From positions 61,876,001 to 61,940,000 of the forward strand of contig OZ076413.1 of assembly GCA_964187785.1 (NCBI GenBank): a stretch of 64,000 nt of DNA, written 5' to 3'. Numbering within the stretch: the stretch's first letter is position 1; each line of letters opens with the position of its first letter. A program made the translations under genes and the position numbers. Positions 24,325 through 36,790 of this stretch are shown here, piece by piece. The stretch comes from Amphiscolops sp. MND2022 (lineage: Eukaryota). The notes beneath the pieces were generated by a model, which made no database searches, was not told the DNA's origin, and saw only the letters and a list, made by a program, of their open reading frames with translations.

Positions 24325-25520
24325 TGGTGACGTTTTTCTTCTCGCAGATTTCGTGACATGTGCCAACTTTTCAAACTTGTGAGGCAAATTTCTCAAAACC
24401 CAGAACAGATATGAACACCATGTTTTCGCTTGAAGTTGCGCAGGATCCTCGGCTACATTTTCGTTGACAAAAATTTTCGAGAAAATTTCGGCTTCATGTG
24501 TTTTTTTGAAAAGAATTTTTGAAAAAACGCTGTTTTTGACGGTTTTTTATCTTCGATCCCCTATATCTCAGAACTCAGACTGAATACAGGGTCCATGGTT
24601 TCGAAAATCGTACAAGTGTATCATAGGCTATGTTTTACATTTTATCCTAAAAATGACGTCAAGATTTTTTTTCATACCTGATTTTTCGGGCAAAAGAGAG
24701 ATGAAAAAATGTCGAAACATTTTTTCTCATTCGTAGCTCATATTTCTCAAAACTGATAAAAGCTACAGAAACCATCCTCTTTCGAGAAAAACAGCATGGA
24801 TGTAGGCTTGTTTTTTGACAAACTAAGTTTTCGCCATCAAGTATGACGCCTTCGTTTTTCTGCCAGAAATACTTGTATTTAAAAAAATTTTCTTGGTTTT
24901 TTTAAATTCGAGTTCCTATATCTCACGACCGAGACCAAAGATGCAGTTCATGGTTTCGTTAATTTTACGAGGCATATGTAGGCTACTTGTTAGGCTAAAA
25001 GTGATTTTTCGCTCTGGATTTTTTTGAGCAGAAAAAGGTAATCAAAAAATTTTTTGAATTGCTTCCATTTTTTCCAACTTGTAGCTGATTTTTCTCGGAC
25101 CTGAAAATAGATACGAGAACCATCTCCGTCACAAAGTGAGGCAAGGATGTAGGCTATGTTTTGTGCTATCAAAGGTTCCGTCATGAAGTAGGACGCCTTC
25201 GGTTTTTTTTTCATTTTTATCAAAAAAATTCATCTTTTTAGCTCTTTCAGCAAAAAATCCTGATCTGAAACTAGGTAAGTTCACTAGGTTTTGAGCCCTG
25301 GGATTTACTCATTTTGTAGCACCTTCCTCAGACCGTTGATCGTTTCTGCTTGAGACGTTTCTGCTCCGATGTATTTTTGATTACTTTCATTTTTAAGCCC
25401 GAATAATTTTTTTGCGTATTGTCTCCTAACGGATCTGGCTGTTAATCGGCGGCGTTTTATTACATCATAAATCAAAGATGCGTCTTTGATCTGCGAAACA
25501 CAAAAAATGGCCGCCTTAGT
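24325..25520. repeat. Probable non-autonomous DNA element with five degenerate ~175-bp internal repeats
   Basis: Recurring ATTTCTC/ATATCTC anchors at ~24391, 24566, 24745, 24921, 25093 and TAGGCT anchors with the same spacing; weak inverted similarity (TCGCAGAT / ATCTGCGA) near the ends. Confidence 0.5.
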
Positions 25521-25777
25521 CTCAGATACACACTACGCAGAATTCTATGAATTTCAACAAATCAAAACGAAACAGTGAAAAATTATAATATGGTTTCTGA
25601 TGTTTTATCGAAGAAGCCTTACTGAAGAAACGTTTCACTAGAACCCAATTTTAGAAGTCAACACAATGGTTTTCTAAAACCACCAAAAATTTGATCAGCT
25701 TTTCAGAATTTAAGAAGTACAAACGGTAGGACAAAGACAGAATATTAATCGCAGTCGCAACGGATTTCAAGAACGCC

Positions 25778-28700
25778 TGTAATAGAGAGGTCAAGAATCA
25801 CTACGACTTTTCCTTCACAAGGGTGACTCAATTATTGGTAACGCAAAACTTCCACAGCAACTGAACTTACACCCTCAAGAATAATGCCTCTTTTATTTAC
25901 ATTGCTAAGCAAACTTAAAAGCACTTTGCTTGCTCTTCCTAAGTTTTACAATTTCCCACTTAAGATCTTAAGTTTTCCAGATTGCCGAGTATCCACACTT
26001 CACCATAGCCAAAACTCAGCTTACTGAATCTCATTATTCTTCGATTTTCTAGCGTGTCTAGTTCCTCAACCACACACTAGTCTAATTTTGCATTAGTAGA
26101 TCTTTGAGCAGGGGGTTTCTAGGGGATTTCTAATCCTAGTATACACTCTTGATACTGGTCTGAACGCAGTTTTTATGTTTCATTTGTTGTGTTTGTTTGC
26201 TTGTTGTTTACAATTCCTATAGTGTACTTAGCATACCCTTTGTTTTCTATGTTGCGCACGCTGTTTTCCGAATTTAGGTTTATCAGTTATGCCAAGCCAA
26301 CAATCAAAACCCTCCAACAAACTAAGAAACTTTGTTTCCTCTGAAATTCGGCGTCTGAACAAAGCAACTTGACCTCCAACAGACACAACGAAGTTTGAAA
26401 GGTCACTTTGCCGAAGCTGAACTGATGATAATGTATCTTCAGAATGTATGATCAGTTGCCTGAGGAGATCAATGAAGATTTTTTGAATGATGACTATACT
26501 GATCTACATGAGGAAATGATGGAACGAACGAATCAACACACGGATCCAGTACAAACTCCACAGGTACAACCACCTTCTAGCTGCAATCACTCTACAAGTC
26601 ACGACAATCACATTCAACAGGTGCATTGCCACATCTTTCTGATACGTTGGGAGACCAACTCAACCATCAGAATGCATCTTCTTCACATCAACCTACTCTA
26701 CTGAATCTGCCGCAAACTTCAACTATATCAATGTCACGACCAATGATAAAAATTCACACATTCACAGCGATCCCATGAAATTGAACACATGACATGGACT
26801 CTTCACCACGATGATTGACAGACAACCACTTTCAGTCGCCGAGAAAATGACACACTCACAAACACTGGAAACAAGGGAACCTATCGAAGCAATTGGTGGG
26901 TTTTCTCGCAATCCTGATCTGTACTAATTTGCGTTATTTGGACACCCAGACATCAATGTGAGCAACTTCCTTGCGAAACTACTGACACAAAAGTCAACCT
27001 CGGCACATCACAAAGGGTCTTTCATGAAATTCTCAGCCTTTTTGAACATTTCGGTGAAACTTTTCTGCCTCTAGGAATTCATCATGAGTTCGTCATGGAT
27101 CCACAGATTCTATTCATGTCAAAATAAGCAAACTTCAACACAAAGAAAAACTACCATGAGTACAATACGTATTACAGAATCTTACTACTCAGCCTAACTA
27201 TATCATTTTCAACACCTTGGTATGCCCTTGTATGCGATCATTTCCCGCAGACATTCCGACAAGCAGTAGAACAGCACAGCAACGAGAATATCCGCCAAGA
27301 GGAATCAACTAACCAGCTAAGACGTCGTCACCAAATCAAAATCGACCACAGCAGACTTGTACTTTCGACAAGCAACTACACCATCGATCCCATTGCAACA
27401 TCTTCATCGAATCTCCCTTGCAAGCCAATCGGAAGCTCGTGCAAGTGTGCTTGAATTGCCTACAATCCCACTTTGTCAAAGATCTTCCTTCAAAAATAAC
27501 GCGTAAGAAGTGTCAACGCAAACACCACCTTGCCTTACACGACGATAACATCCAGGCAAGTAAACATTCTTCCTAATCAATTCCACAGAACCACAACAAC
27601 AACAGTTCTCACCACAACAACAACCGAACCAGATCTTGGGGCATCTATTTATCAGCACCTAAACATGTTTGGACATGGGAAGTAGTTGCAGTTACCTCCA
27701 GAAAGACATCACAGAACAATACCTAGTGCCTTTTCATTAGAAATCAGAACAACTTCTAATTGGAGGTTTCAACCAAAGCCTTCAACTCCCTGTTCACCCT
27801 GTAATCATCAATATTCATGCTTTTGGAAACAACAATGAAGTATCAACCTACATAACATACCTGTTGCAGATCATCCCAATCTAAACTAAGCTGAACAACA
27901 GACACTCAACTCAACCTTCCAACAACATCAGTTTCTTGAAGACGTTCGTTTCCCAATACTATGCAAAAGCTCAGGTACAGTGCTTTGTGGTCACGACAAT
28001 TTCGACCTCATTGCAATGGAACTCGTCATCAAAATAAAATAAAACTCACCACGAGTCATTCAAACAAAGCTTGGATGGACACTCGACGGCCCTAATCAAC
28101 AACCGTTTCGTGCCACACTTGTTATCGTCGCATATTGGAAAACTGGAAATTTTGATTTTCCGCCTGAAATCACCATGTCTTAAGGAGAAAACACCCTGTC
28201 AAAACTAGAAAAACTAAAACCTTCAAGAGTAGTCGATACAAAGTCGGTCTCCTCTGGAAATCCGATGCCTCGATACCGAATAATTTCACGGCTGTAATGC
28301 AACAATTCGAGAGAATAAAACATAACTTCTTTCAACAACCCAAGCTACATGCCATGTACTAAGACAGCATTTACAATGACAATGAAACGATGAATGATAC
28401 ATTCGTAAACTGGAACCCCTTGAAACTTCGACAACTGGATGAATTCTTCCCCAACTTAGATTTTTCAGTCAAGACAAAACGGAAGTCCTCAGGGAATCTA
28501 GCGGTACCGCTAAATTGATAGGAACGTGTCTCAAGGACAAGCTCCTCAGAGGTCCCGACGTCCTCGCTAACCTAGGTGGGATCGTTTTTAGAATTTCGCC
28601 TTTCAAGAGACTCACTATTTTCGCCGACCTCGAAGGCATGTAAATGCAAGTTTCGGTCTGCTCAAGAGTTAAAGTTTCTCGGTTTCTTCAGGGGACAGAT

Positions 28701-30600
28701 GATCCCGAAATGTACGATTACGTCCGCCATGTCTGCGGAAGAGAATGCCCGCACACATAGGCTCATTAAGCTCTTCAGACTTGTCCAAAAACCACGCATC
28801 TGACTGCTCTTCCATTCAGCGCCTTGTTGTCGAAATGTTCTATAGGTTCTTCTACCTATCTTTCTACACAATTCCAGAAGCCGTCCAGCACGTACAAGAT
28901 TTACGCTGTGTGCTACAAATAGGTGGTTTCAACCTAACTAAATGGGTTTCCACCAAAGAAACATTCTTGACACCCCTTCCAGCTGAACATCGAGCTCATC
29001 GCTATCTGACATCCGGATCACGAAACAACGTATATTAGAAATACCGTGAACAATGCAACACGACACCGTGTCTAACAATGTTTGTAAACTTTTCGAGCTA
29101 AAAGAAAGCATTTTGCATCGAAGCAACTTACAATACTCCGCATCATTTCTTCGCTATTCGTTCCTTCAGGAATGAGCGCACCAACTGTCATCCGGTTGCA
29201 AATCATTCAACAGTCACTCTGGAGAAAAAAATGTAGGCGATGGGATGACCAAATCGCCAACAACGATCTGCCAGATTACAACGCTTTCGTTTGAGAAATA
29301 GAAACTCCTTGTTCTCCATTTTTACCTCGACATCTCTAACATTTATAACTACACGCAATTGTCACTCCACTTATTCTCGGATGCTTCGTACTCGGTTTTC
29401 GCCGCCATTGCGTATTTCATCTACGATTTACCTAACACCAACACTTTTGATACCTCTCACGTTTTAGGAAAAGTACGTGTTGCTCCACTCAAGTGACATA
29501 CAATAAGACATCTCGTGCTCCAAGCTGCCCTGCTTGGCACCCGTATCGTCAAATTCGTCACGCGAGAATCACCTTCACCGATAACGCAAACTATTTCGTG
29601 GACCGATAGCAGCACCGTCATTCAATGGATCCGAAATCGACCAAGCGATAATTTTTATTGCCAAACGTGTTTTCCGAAATTCTCATAACAACTACTGTAC
29701 ATCAGTGGAGACAATACACATTCTGATAACGCTACAAGAGAAAGACCCATCGCTCGTCTCGCCGAAATTTCCCGCTGGTTCACAGTTCCATCTTTCCTAA
29801 TGAAGACGCCTGATAACTCGGCTGTCGACTTGATTACAGTAACATATTCAGTAAACCAATAGATGCTGTTCTCTGCCGCGCTCATTTCACACAAGCAATC
29901 GACTTCCCCATCAATTCCACGAAGTTTACGTCTTTCATTCGGCTTGTACGTATCACCGCTGTTGTTTACTGCGTCGTTAGTAACTTCCATAAATCCGTAA
30001 ATAAGAGCTTTCAATATCGTACCTCACTGCCGCCGTGCCTCACTGCTTCCCACTTCACAAGAGAAAAGACCAAACAACTACAGTTTTCACGAACACAAAA
30101 TTTTCTCCCGGTAGTCTTTAAGTCCGCAAAGCCACTGCCAACCAACAGCTGCATCAAACATTAACACTATATAACTGTCCGAATGGACTCCTCCATGCTC
30201 ATGGTGGCTTGGAGAAGTCACAACTGGACCTCGAGACAAAACTCCCTATCATGTCAGATGTCAAACAACCGATCTCATTCTCGCATCACTTCGCCAGGAA
30301 CAACACTGTGGTTTACAACACATCCGCCTTATTCTCCAGCAAACCTTTTGTAGAACCCTTGCTCGTTCCCCCATTCGCCGCGTCCTAGCGCGTCGCTACG
30401 ACTGCCGCCGTCAACACGCCTATGGCACACAATCACAAATCTCGTACTTCCCACCGACAGACCTTTTCCGTTCCGCGCTACATGGTTAGACGTTTCTGGC
30501 CCTTTTGCACCTTCCCGAGTAAACCCAATCGGAATCTTTGCGTTGGATCGTGAATATGATGAAACTTTCATATTCTGCTTTCAAAGACTTTTTTACCGAC
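25778..30600 (+). mobile_element. Decayed BEL/Pao LTR retrotransposon (partial LTR, gag, protease, RT, RNase H, start of integrase)
   Basis: LTR start TGTAATAGAG matches 42801/45708. Translated remnants: DPMKLNTW..LFTTMIDRQPLSVAEKM (gag), DMGSSCSYL (protease), FRLSRDSLFS and RCVLQIGGFNLTKWVS (RT), LFSDASY, GKVRVAPL, WTDSSTVIQWI (RNase H); frameshifted throughout. Confidence 0.85.
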
Positions 30601-31059
30601 AACAAAGCAGGACTAAATATATTTTCATTGGTGTGCTATTTTGGTTTCTGAAACATACAAAATTACGCAACAAATCGAGGCAAGAAACTTCAACACTGCC
30701 TAGACAACCTAGTTGGCACGAACAGAACAAATAGGACAGTGTTCATTCAAATGATTATCAAACAAACATTTTGAAAGGTTAAAGGAAAACGTTTTGTATT
30801 TTGAAACATTTTAAAAACTATGTCAGCAAAATCCAGTTTCTTTTAACAAAATTAAATCAACCCAAGTTTGGCAGTATAGAGCTAGAAGAAAGCTTTCTAG
30901 ATGTATTGTAGATGCCAACTGGTACTCACCAATTATTCGAAGAGCTGAAAAGCTACTTTACAAAAAGTTTCCGCCATTTAAAAATGATTTTTTTTTCAAC
31001 CATTTTTGCACAAGCGGTTTGGCTATTGTCCCCCGAAAATAACAGCGATGAACACTCAC

Positions 31060-31300
31060 ATTGCTTTCACTGAACAAGTGTTAACTCCGTCTTTGTTCAC
31101 GAAAGTCGAATAATCACCCGCTGCTGAGTCCAGAACCACAAAAAGAGTGTCTACAACCTTAGCTTGGGCCTCGGTTTGAGAGTTGACTCGCACGGAATAT
31201 TTATCCAGCAGGTCACCATTTCCAGAAGGTTTTGTCCACGAACATTTAATTTCAGTGCTCGATAAGGTAGTCATTATCACATCTTCCGGGGGCGTGGGGT
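31060..31300 (-). CDS. FN3-repeat protein, exon 4 (YPTPPEDVIMTTLSSTEIKCSWTKPSG...NTCSVKAI)
   Basis: Acceptor ctttttag, donor GCAAT|GTGAGT; phase 1 to 2; within ORF 31056..31280. Confidence 0.88.
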
Positions 31301-31878
31301 CTAAAAAGAAGCGAACCCATTTCCTGCTATTGGAATAAAAAAAACAATCCAGGATCGACAGATCTCTGTGCCCAACTTAATGGGAGTATACCCTCTTAAA
31401 ATGTTGTTCTGTGCTTCTCCAAAACCTTTTGTAGCATAAAAGAATATTTACTGACTACAATATTGCAAAAAAGCAAAAAAACCGTGTCAGTTTTTTGACA
31501 AGATTTATACTCCATAAACTCCCACTAATCCACTGAATGCAATTTCACATAATGCCTTAATCAGAATTGAAAGTGAGAGTAAATAAACAGTTTAAACTGG
31601 TTGATTACGACGCTCCCAGTAGGGTATGTGGTGTTGTTTTGATGAATATCACAACTGATATGCTAGTTACGTGAAATCTAAAAACTGCATTTACGGAAAA
31701 CTCTTTGTTCCATACGATGGCGTACATGAAATTTCTGTTGAAAAACTTCCGATGAGAGTTTCAATTTTCATTATGTTGATTCATTTGTGAGCAAGTTGTC
31801 CCTTATGCACGGACTTTGCAAAAAAACTTTTTTACGTAAAAATTCCGCAGCTCCTTGACTTATCATGATTCAACTAAC

Positions 31879-32059
31879 ACGTGCAACCCACTACAGCATC
31901 TGAATCGTCAGATCCGGAGTCACCAAAGAAACCCCGAATTTTGTACGTGTACAGAGTCGCTGGTGCCAAGTTGGTGTCAATGAAAAATTGAGGGCTAAAG
32001 GCACCATCTTCCAACACTGTCTCAAAAGTTGTTGGGTTCGTTCCGAGTCCTCTGAAGAT
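31879..32059 (-). CDS. FN3-repeat protein, exon 3 (IFRGLGTNPTTF...FIDTNLAPATLYTYKIRG...VVGCT)
   Basis: Acceptor tttttacag, donor ACGT|GTTAGT; phase 0 to 1; D-T-N-L-A-P-x-T-x-Y motif. Confidence 0.9.
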
Positions 32060-33597
32060 CTGTAAAAAGCGGAAAGATTTTGACAAAAGTTTCTTCAACA
32101 TATTTGATTTGTTGAAACTATTGATTACCTGCTTGATCTTAGACGACCTTAAACTTTCAACATGCACTTCGAATTATCTCGGAAAAGTCTATTTCAAGAT
32201 GAAAACAGCTGCAGTAACTTCTATGATGCTTCTTGCAGCGATTTCGTTCACGATTTTTTCACGTTCTCAGAAGTTCAGAATGATAATTGTCCTCAAAAAC
32301 GAGTATCAGCAAGGGGTCAAACAGGGTTACCGTGGCTGAACTTCTTTAAAATTCTCACGTTTTTCTTTAAATTCTCTTAATGTTTTCCCGTATCTTCGAT
32401 TTTTTCAATAATTGGTAATCTTTAGCGTTTGTATTTTTCTATAATTGTTAGGATTGCATGTTAGGATTGCATAAAGAAATTTGAGAAGAGAAGTAAGTTC
32501 AAAACAATCCTTTGGGCGCTTTGAGCAACGAACATGGAATTCTTAGGATTTTTTCTAATGATGTCTTGAGCGAAGCAGTGTTTCAAGTGATCCCTGAAAA
32601 ACCAAGTTTCCGGAAATTTCTAACTCCGGGTTCAAGTCTACCGAATAATATCACAGTTTTCCTCTATCAGACTTGGGGTCAGATCTTAGTTCCAGTTTTC
32701 AATAACAGCTTTTTCCTGATATTAGTGAATTGTTGACGGAAATAAATAATCATATCTTTCCAAAGGGCCTAATGGTTGGGGTACCGGGCTTATAAACAGC
32801 AGATTGTAAGTTGGAATCCCGCGTACGACTAGGTTTTTGGCGGAATTTAGCGACAAAATGGGGTCTTTCAGCACTGGGCGATTTCTTTGATGAACCCTAT
32901 CCCTTTCATCTAAAAATAATCCATGTAAAGGTTCTCAATAGTTTGGATCATTGAAAATTTTTTGTTTGGAAGCTTTCATCTCGTTACTGAAACTTTTGTA
33001 TATTATCAAATTAATATTGAAAAAATCATAATCTGATATACTAAGTAAAAAAAACTTTAACCAAGTTTTTGACGTCATTTCCATATTTTATCACTTTTTG
33101 TCAGATTATTCGCGGTGCTTCAATCCAAATAACGTCAAACCGATGTATTTTGAAACTAAACACTGATAATACGCGTTCTCTGATATCACGATTTTCACCC
33201 TTTAGAGAAAAAACCTAGCAGCTGAGCGTTCAACGCTGTTTCCGAAAACATTACGGTCGAGATGAAAGCGAAGGAAACTTTTTTCGGATCATTGTGGATC
33301 TTTCATGCATGTCCGCATGAACTGTTTTTCAGATCCAAAATGGTATTTTCCAAAAACGATTAATCAATTATTTTTTCTTTGTCAACAATTGAGAGCGCCG
33401 CTTGTTCTTCGTTTGCTTCACAATGTTTTTTTCCTTATTGTAATTGACAGCCGTTGAAAGCGGCAATTTTATGTTACAAGCAAGTAACGTTTATATTCAC
33501 ATTTACTTCTAAAGTTAACGCCAAAAAGCTTGGTGAAATTGTCGAGAGGCGCAGTTACCTTGCGATAACTCGCGTTTGCTGCTATAAGACGCATTTA

Positions 33598-34110
33598 GTA
33601 AAAAGACGGAAACGTCCCAAGTCGGCGCCCCACTTAAGGCTCAAAAACCGGTCAAAAAGTTTCCAAAATATGCACATGACTTTTTCTATAAACGAAAACT
33701 CACATAAAAATGTCAAAACATCCAAAGTTTTCTAACTTCCACCTCCTTTTCTTCCTCTTTAGTAAAACGCAATAATAGTTCGGGTATACCATCAAATTTT
33801 CGAATAGTGTTGAAAAAAGTATTGGTGGATATGTATTTAGAAAATCTATTTTCAGACGAAAAATGAGAATTTCGAAACTGTCTCACAGTGCCGAAAATGT
33901 AGAAGCGGACCCTTTGGGATTTTTTGAATTTTGGGATTTTTTGATCAATTTTGTTGCAAAATGTCAAAAACAAATTGAAGGGGCGGGGCCTTTGGAGACA
34001 GTGAGATATTTTAGAAAAAAGTCCCACAGTACCAAAAAAATCAAAAGGGGGATCATTTAGTGTCATCTGGTTTTGTATGTTACGTTAAAAAAGGTAAAAA
34101 ATGAAAGAGG
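33598..34110 (-). mobile_element. HINE-like repeat, 3' portion
   Basis: AAAAGACGGAAACGTCCCAAGTCGGCGCC terminus and family internal blocks (GGACCCTTTGG, CACAGTGCCGAAAA). Confidence 0.5.
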
Positions 34111-34419
34111 GACCCATTGCAATAACTTATTCGTTTAATTGAACAAACTTAACAAAACTTCCGTCGCAATCGAATCTGTCTTGAAGGAAAACAAAAAAAC
34201 GATGATTATAGTAGTCGGGCTTTTTTATTCTGAAAGAGCCAACGTAAAAATCGAAACTCAATTAATTGTGCGAGAGGAAGCAACGAAATGGTTCGTCGCT
34301 GGTTCCAAAACTAGTCTACAGATCTCGAAATTAGTTTATGCATGGATGCATTTTAGGTTGAAGATAGCAATTTGAAAAGAGGATTCCCACACCTTTCTAC
34401 TGGTAAGACCTGAATCGAA

Positions 34420-35010
34420 AAAGCCGGAAAGAGCCAAGTCGGTCCCGTTCAAGTTTCAAAAAACAATTTCTGAAGTTAAATTTTATAAATTTCTAAGTGC
34501 GGTAAAATACCCTAAGCGATACGCATAAGACTCGAAAACAATTTTATTGCCAACTGGCGACACAAAAATCACATTTTTGAGAAGTATCTTCTTTCCAAAG
34601 GTTCTTTCCAGGAAAAATCTCATAGTGGCAAAAAAAGGAACTTTAGGGTCGCAAAACGTTTTGTCGAGCCGAAAACATTTATGAAAGTGAAGTAGCTTAA
34701 ACAAAGTTATTTTAAAAAAAGTCCAGTAAATCGCATTGGCCTTGTAGGTAAAACCTAACGTGGCCCTTCATGCTCGCAAGATGTTTCGTTCCTGTTAGAA
34801 ATCAAAGGGGGCCTCGATTGACGAAACTCTAGAAAAAAGTCTCATTTTGCAGAAAAAATCCTAGCGGGGGACCTTTTGGTCTCCTCGCTACTTTTGGAAA
34901 CATAAATAGGTTTGGTTTAGTGTGAGACTCGAACTCCTGCTTCTTAACATGACAGAAAACCCGCATTAACCATTAGGCAAAGTAGCAGTGAGAAGTTACT
35001 AACATAGGAA
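34420..35010 (-). mobile_element. Diverged HINE-like repeat copy with an intact tRNA-like segment
   Basis: AAGCCGGAAAGAGCCAAGTCGG terminus; CTTTTGGTCTCCTC.CTACTTTTGGAAAC block shared with the other copies. Confidence 0.5.
34920..34990 (-). promoter_or_regulatory. tRNA-derived RNA polymerase III internal promoter (A and B boxes) inside a HINE-like repeat
   Basis: Minus strand TTGCCTAATGG (A-box-like, 34970-34980) about 35 nt upstream of GTTCGAGTC (B box, 34926-34934); no complete cloverleaf. Confidence 0.45.
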
Positions 35011-36313
35011 TTCTCGTGAAAATCTGTCATTTCTAAAAAACAGTTGAAGCGCATTGTTTAAAACCTCCGCCTCCTCCCTATGAAAACGCAATGTAGTTCG
35101 GATGTAACGTCAAAATTTTGGACATAGCGAACTCTTTTCCAACCCGGCCTCCTCTTTTAGCGAAATTTACTTCATATACAACGTCAAAAAATTGGATAGC
35201 GTGCTGGCTAGTCCAAATAGTATTTACCGTATATTTGCTCCATCGGCTCTTTTCTGCCCCCCCCCCACCACAAATATTTTTGGAAAAGTTGTGAAAATCG
35301 TATAACAAAAAAGACTTGAATACAAACCAGAAAGCTCCAAAATTACATTTATTCTTGGTGTGACAGTTTAGGATTCAGAAACAAACTTTGTTCACACTTT
35401 TTCTAAACATAGTCACGCATTTTTGATGAAGAAATCAACAGCTTCCTGTTTTAAGTCATCAATCGACACTTAATACGAACATGATTATAGTCAAAAAGCG
35501 TGAAAAATGTTTTGTTCAAGCAAAAAACTATTCCAATAGACGTGAACTTCCCAACTATCAAAGAAGGTTTTAGTTTTAATTAGGCTAGCCTAAAGATTTT
35601 AAGGACATTTACTTGCAAAAGTTTTGGCGGTGGGAGGGAAAGAGCCGCTCCATCTGTGTTTCGTGAAAGAGGGCGGATAAGATCTACTGGAGAAAAAACT
35701 TAGTCACGGTAAGAGTCGTGTCTTTTCTACGAAAACGCCAACTAAAACACGTAATGCATTTTCGTTCTATGTGTATTATTGGAAAACACTTTCATTATAG
35801 TTCATTTTGAAAGATGCAAAACTTCAAAACTGACTAGATACCACCTCGCTAACTCTGGTCTTCTTTTTCTTGGCAATATCTAACAAAATGGAAGATAACA
35901 AAATAAATTTTTATCGGAATAGACGTGATATCCAAAAATCGTTATTTCAATAAGGAAAAATACAGAAAAACGGAAGTGGTTAGACGCTAATTTTTGCTCT
36001 ATGGGGACTATTTAGTGAAACAAAAGACAACAAAGTTCAAGAATATATCAAGGTTGTTGACCTAAAGTATCAAAAAATTGAAGGGCAGACCCCTCATTAA
36101 ATGATTTGTTCCAAAAAGTTGTACTATGCTGAAATTATTCTAAATGAAAACATCGAGAAAATAGAAGTGAAAACCCTAATGTAACAACAAAAATTGTTTG
36201 TTCTCGTCTCACTCAATAGAATGGAAAATAGTGACTTGGAAGATAGTTTGAATGCACTCCTTTTGAAAAATAAAGATTATAAAACACGTGCAAAAATCTG
36301 CAAACGTACTTAC

Positions 36314-36351
36314 ATCCCATTTGAAATCTCCTTGATCGGCAGTTTCAACAG
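36314..36351 (-). CDS. FN3-repeat protein, exon 2 (AVETADQGDFKWD), 38-nt mini-exon, copy 1
   Basis: Acceptor ttgtctag, donor GAT|GTAAGT; phase 1 to 0 fits exon 3. Joined peptide GSLLIAVETADQGDFKWDIFRG aligns with exon 8 GSIELAVTGVTSGDYNYYFWRG. Confidence 0.7.
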
Positions 36352-36500
36352 CTAGACAATGTTGAGCTCTCATTGTAATGAAACAATGCAATTGAATCAA
36401 ATACTGGCAAAAGTGAAAAACTCAGTGAAAAACAGCTGTCAACTTGAGCATGATGTCTTGATATCTCTGAATTTCAGTTTTGAGCTGAATCATAGTTCAC

Positions 36501-36542
36501 CAATCAACAAAGATCCGAAAAGATTATCACTTTCTGCTTCAA
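36501..36542 (-). CDS. FN3-repeat protein, exon 1 seen (EAESDNLFGSLLI), 42-nt mini-exon, copy 1; acceptor less certain
   Basis: Acceptor actgccag, donor ATTG|GTGAAC; phase 1-1; AES..GS motif like exon 8. Confidence 0.55.
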
Positions 36543-36790
36543 CTGGCAGTGTCATGCGAATATGACATGTATGGAAGCAATTTGACCAGAGGCTGGATCA
36601 TACGTACCCAGGCCATAATCTGGCCATAAACCCAGGATATTTTTTACGAGTGTTGAAAGGTGCCTAGAATCATCCGAAGGAGAAACACGTAGCAGACTTG
36701 GAGTGTGACGTTAGAGTTTCTATTCACTTCTGAAAAATCATGTAAATCTCTGAGTCATCGCCAGTTATTTTTTTCTTGTTAAAAAGGTTG

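Noticed and set aside
36608-36730. Further upstream FN3 exon(s) (donor CTGG|GTACGT at 36607, acceptor TTTTTCAG near 36730)
   Set aside because: Splice-like sites exist, but no frame gives a convincing FN3, signal-peptide or stop-free product from the strong acceptor; left uncalled.
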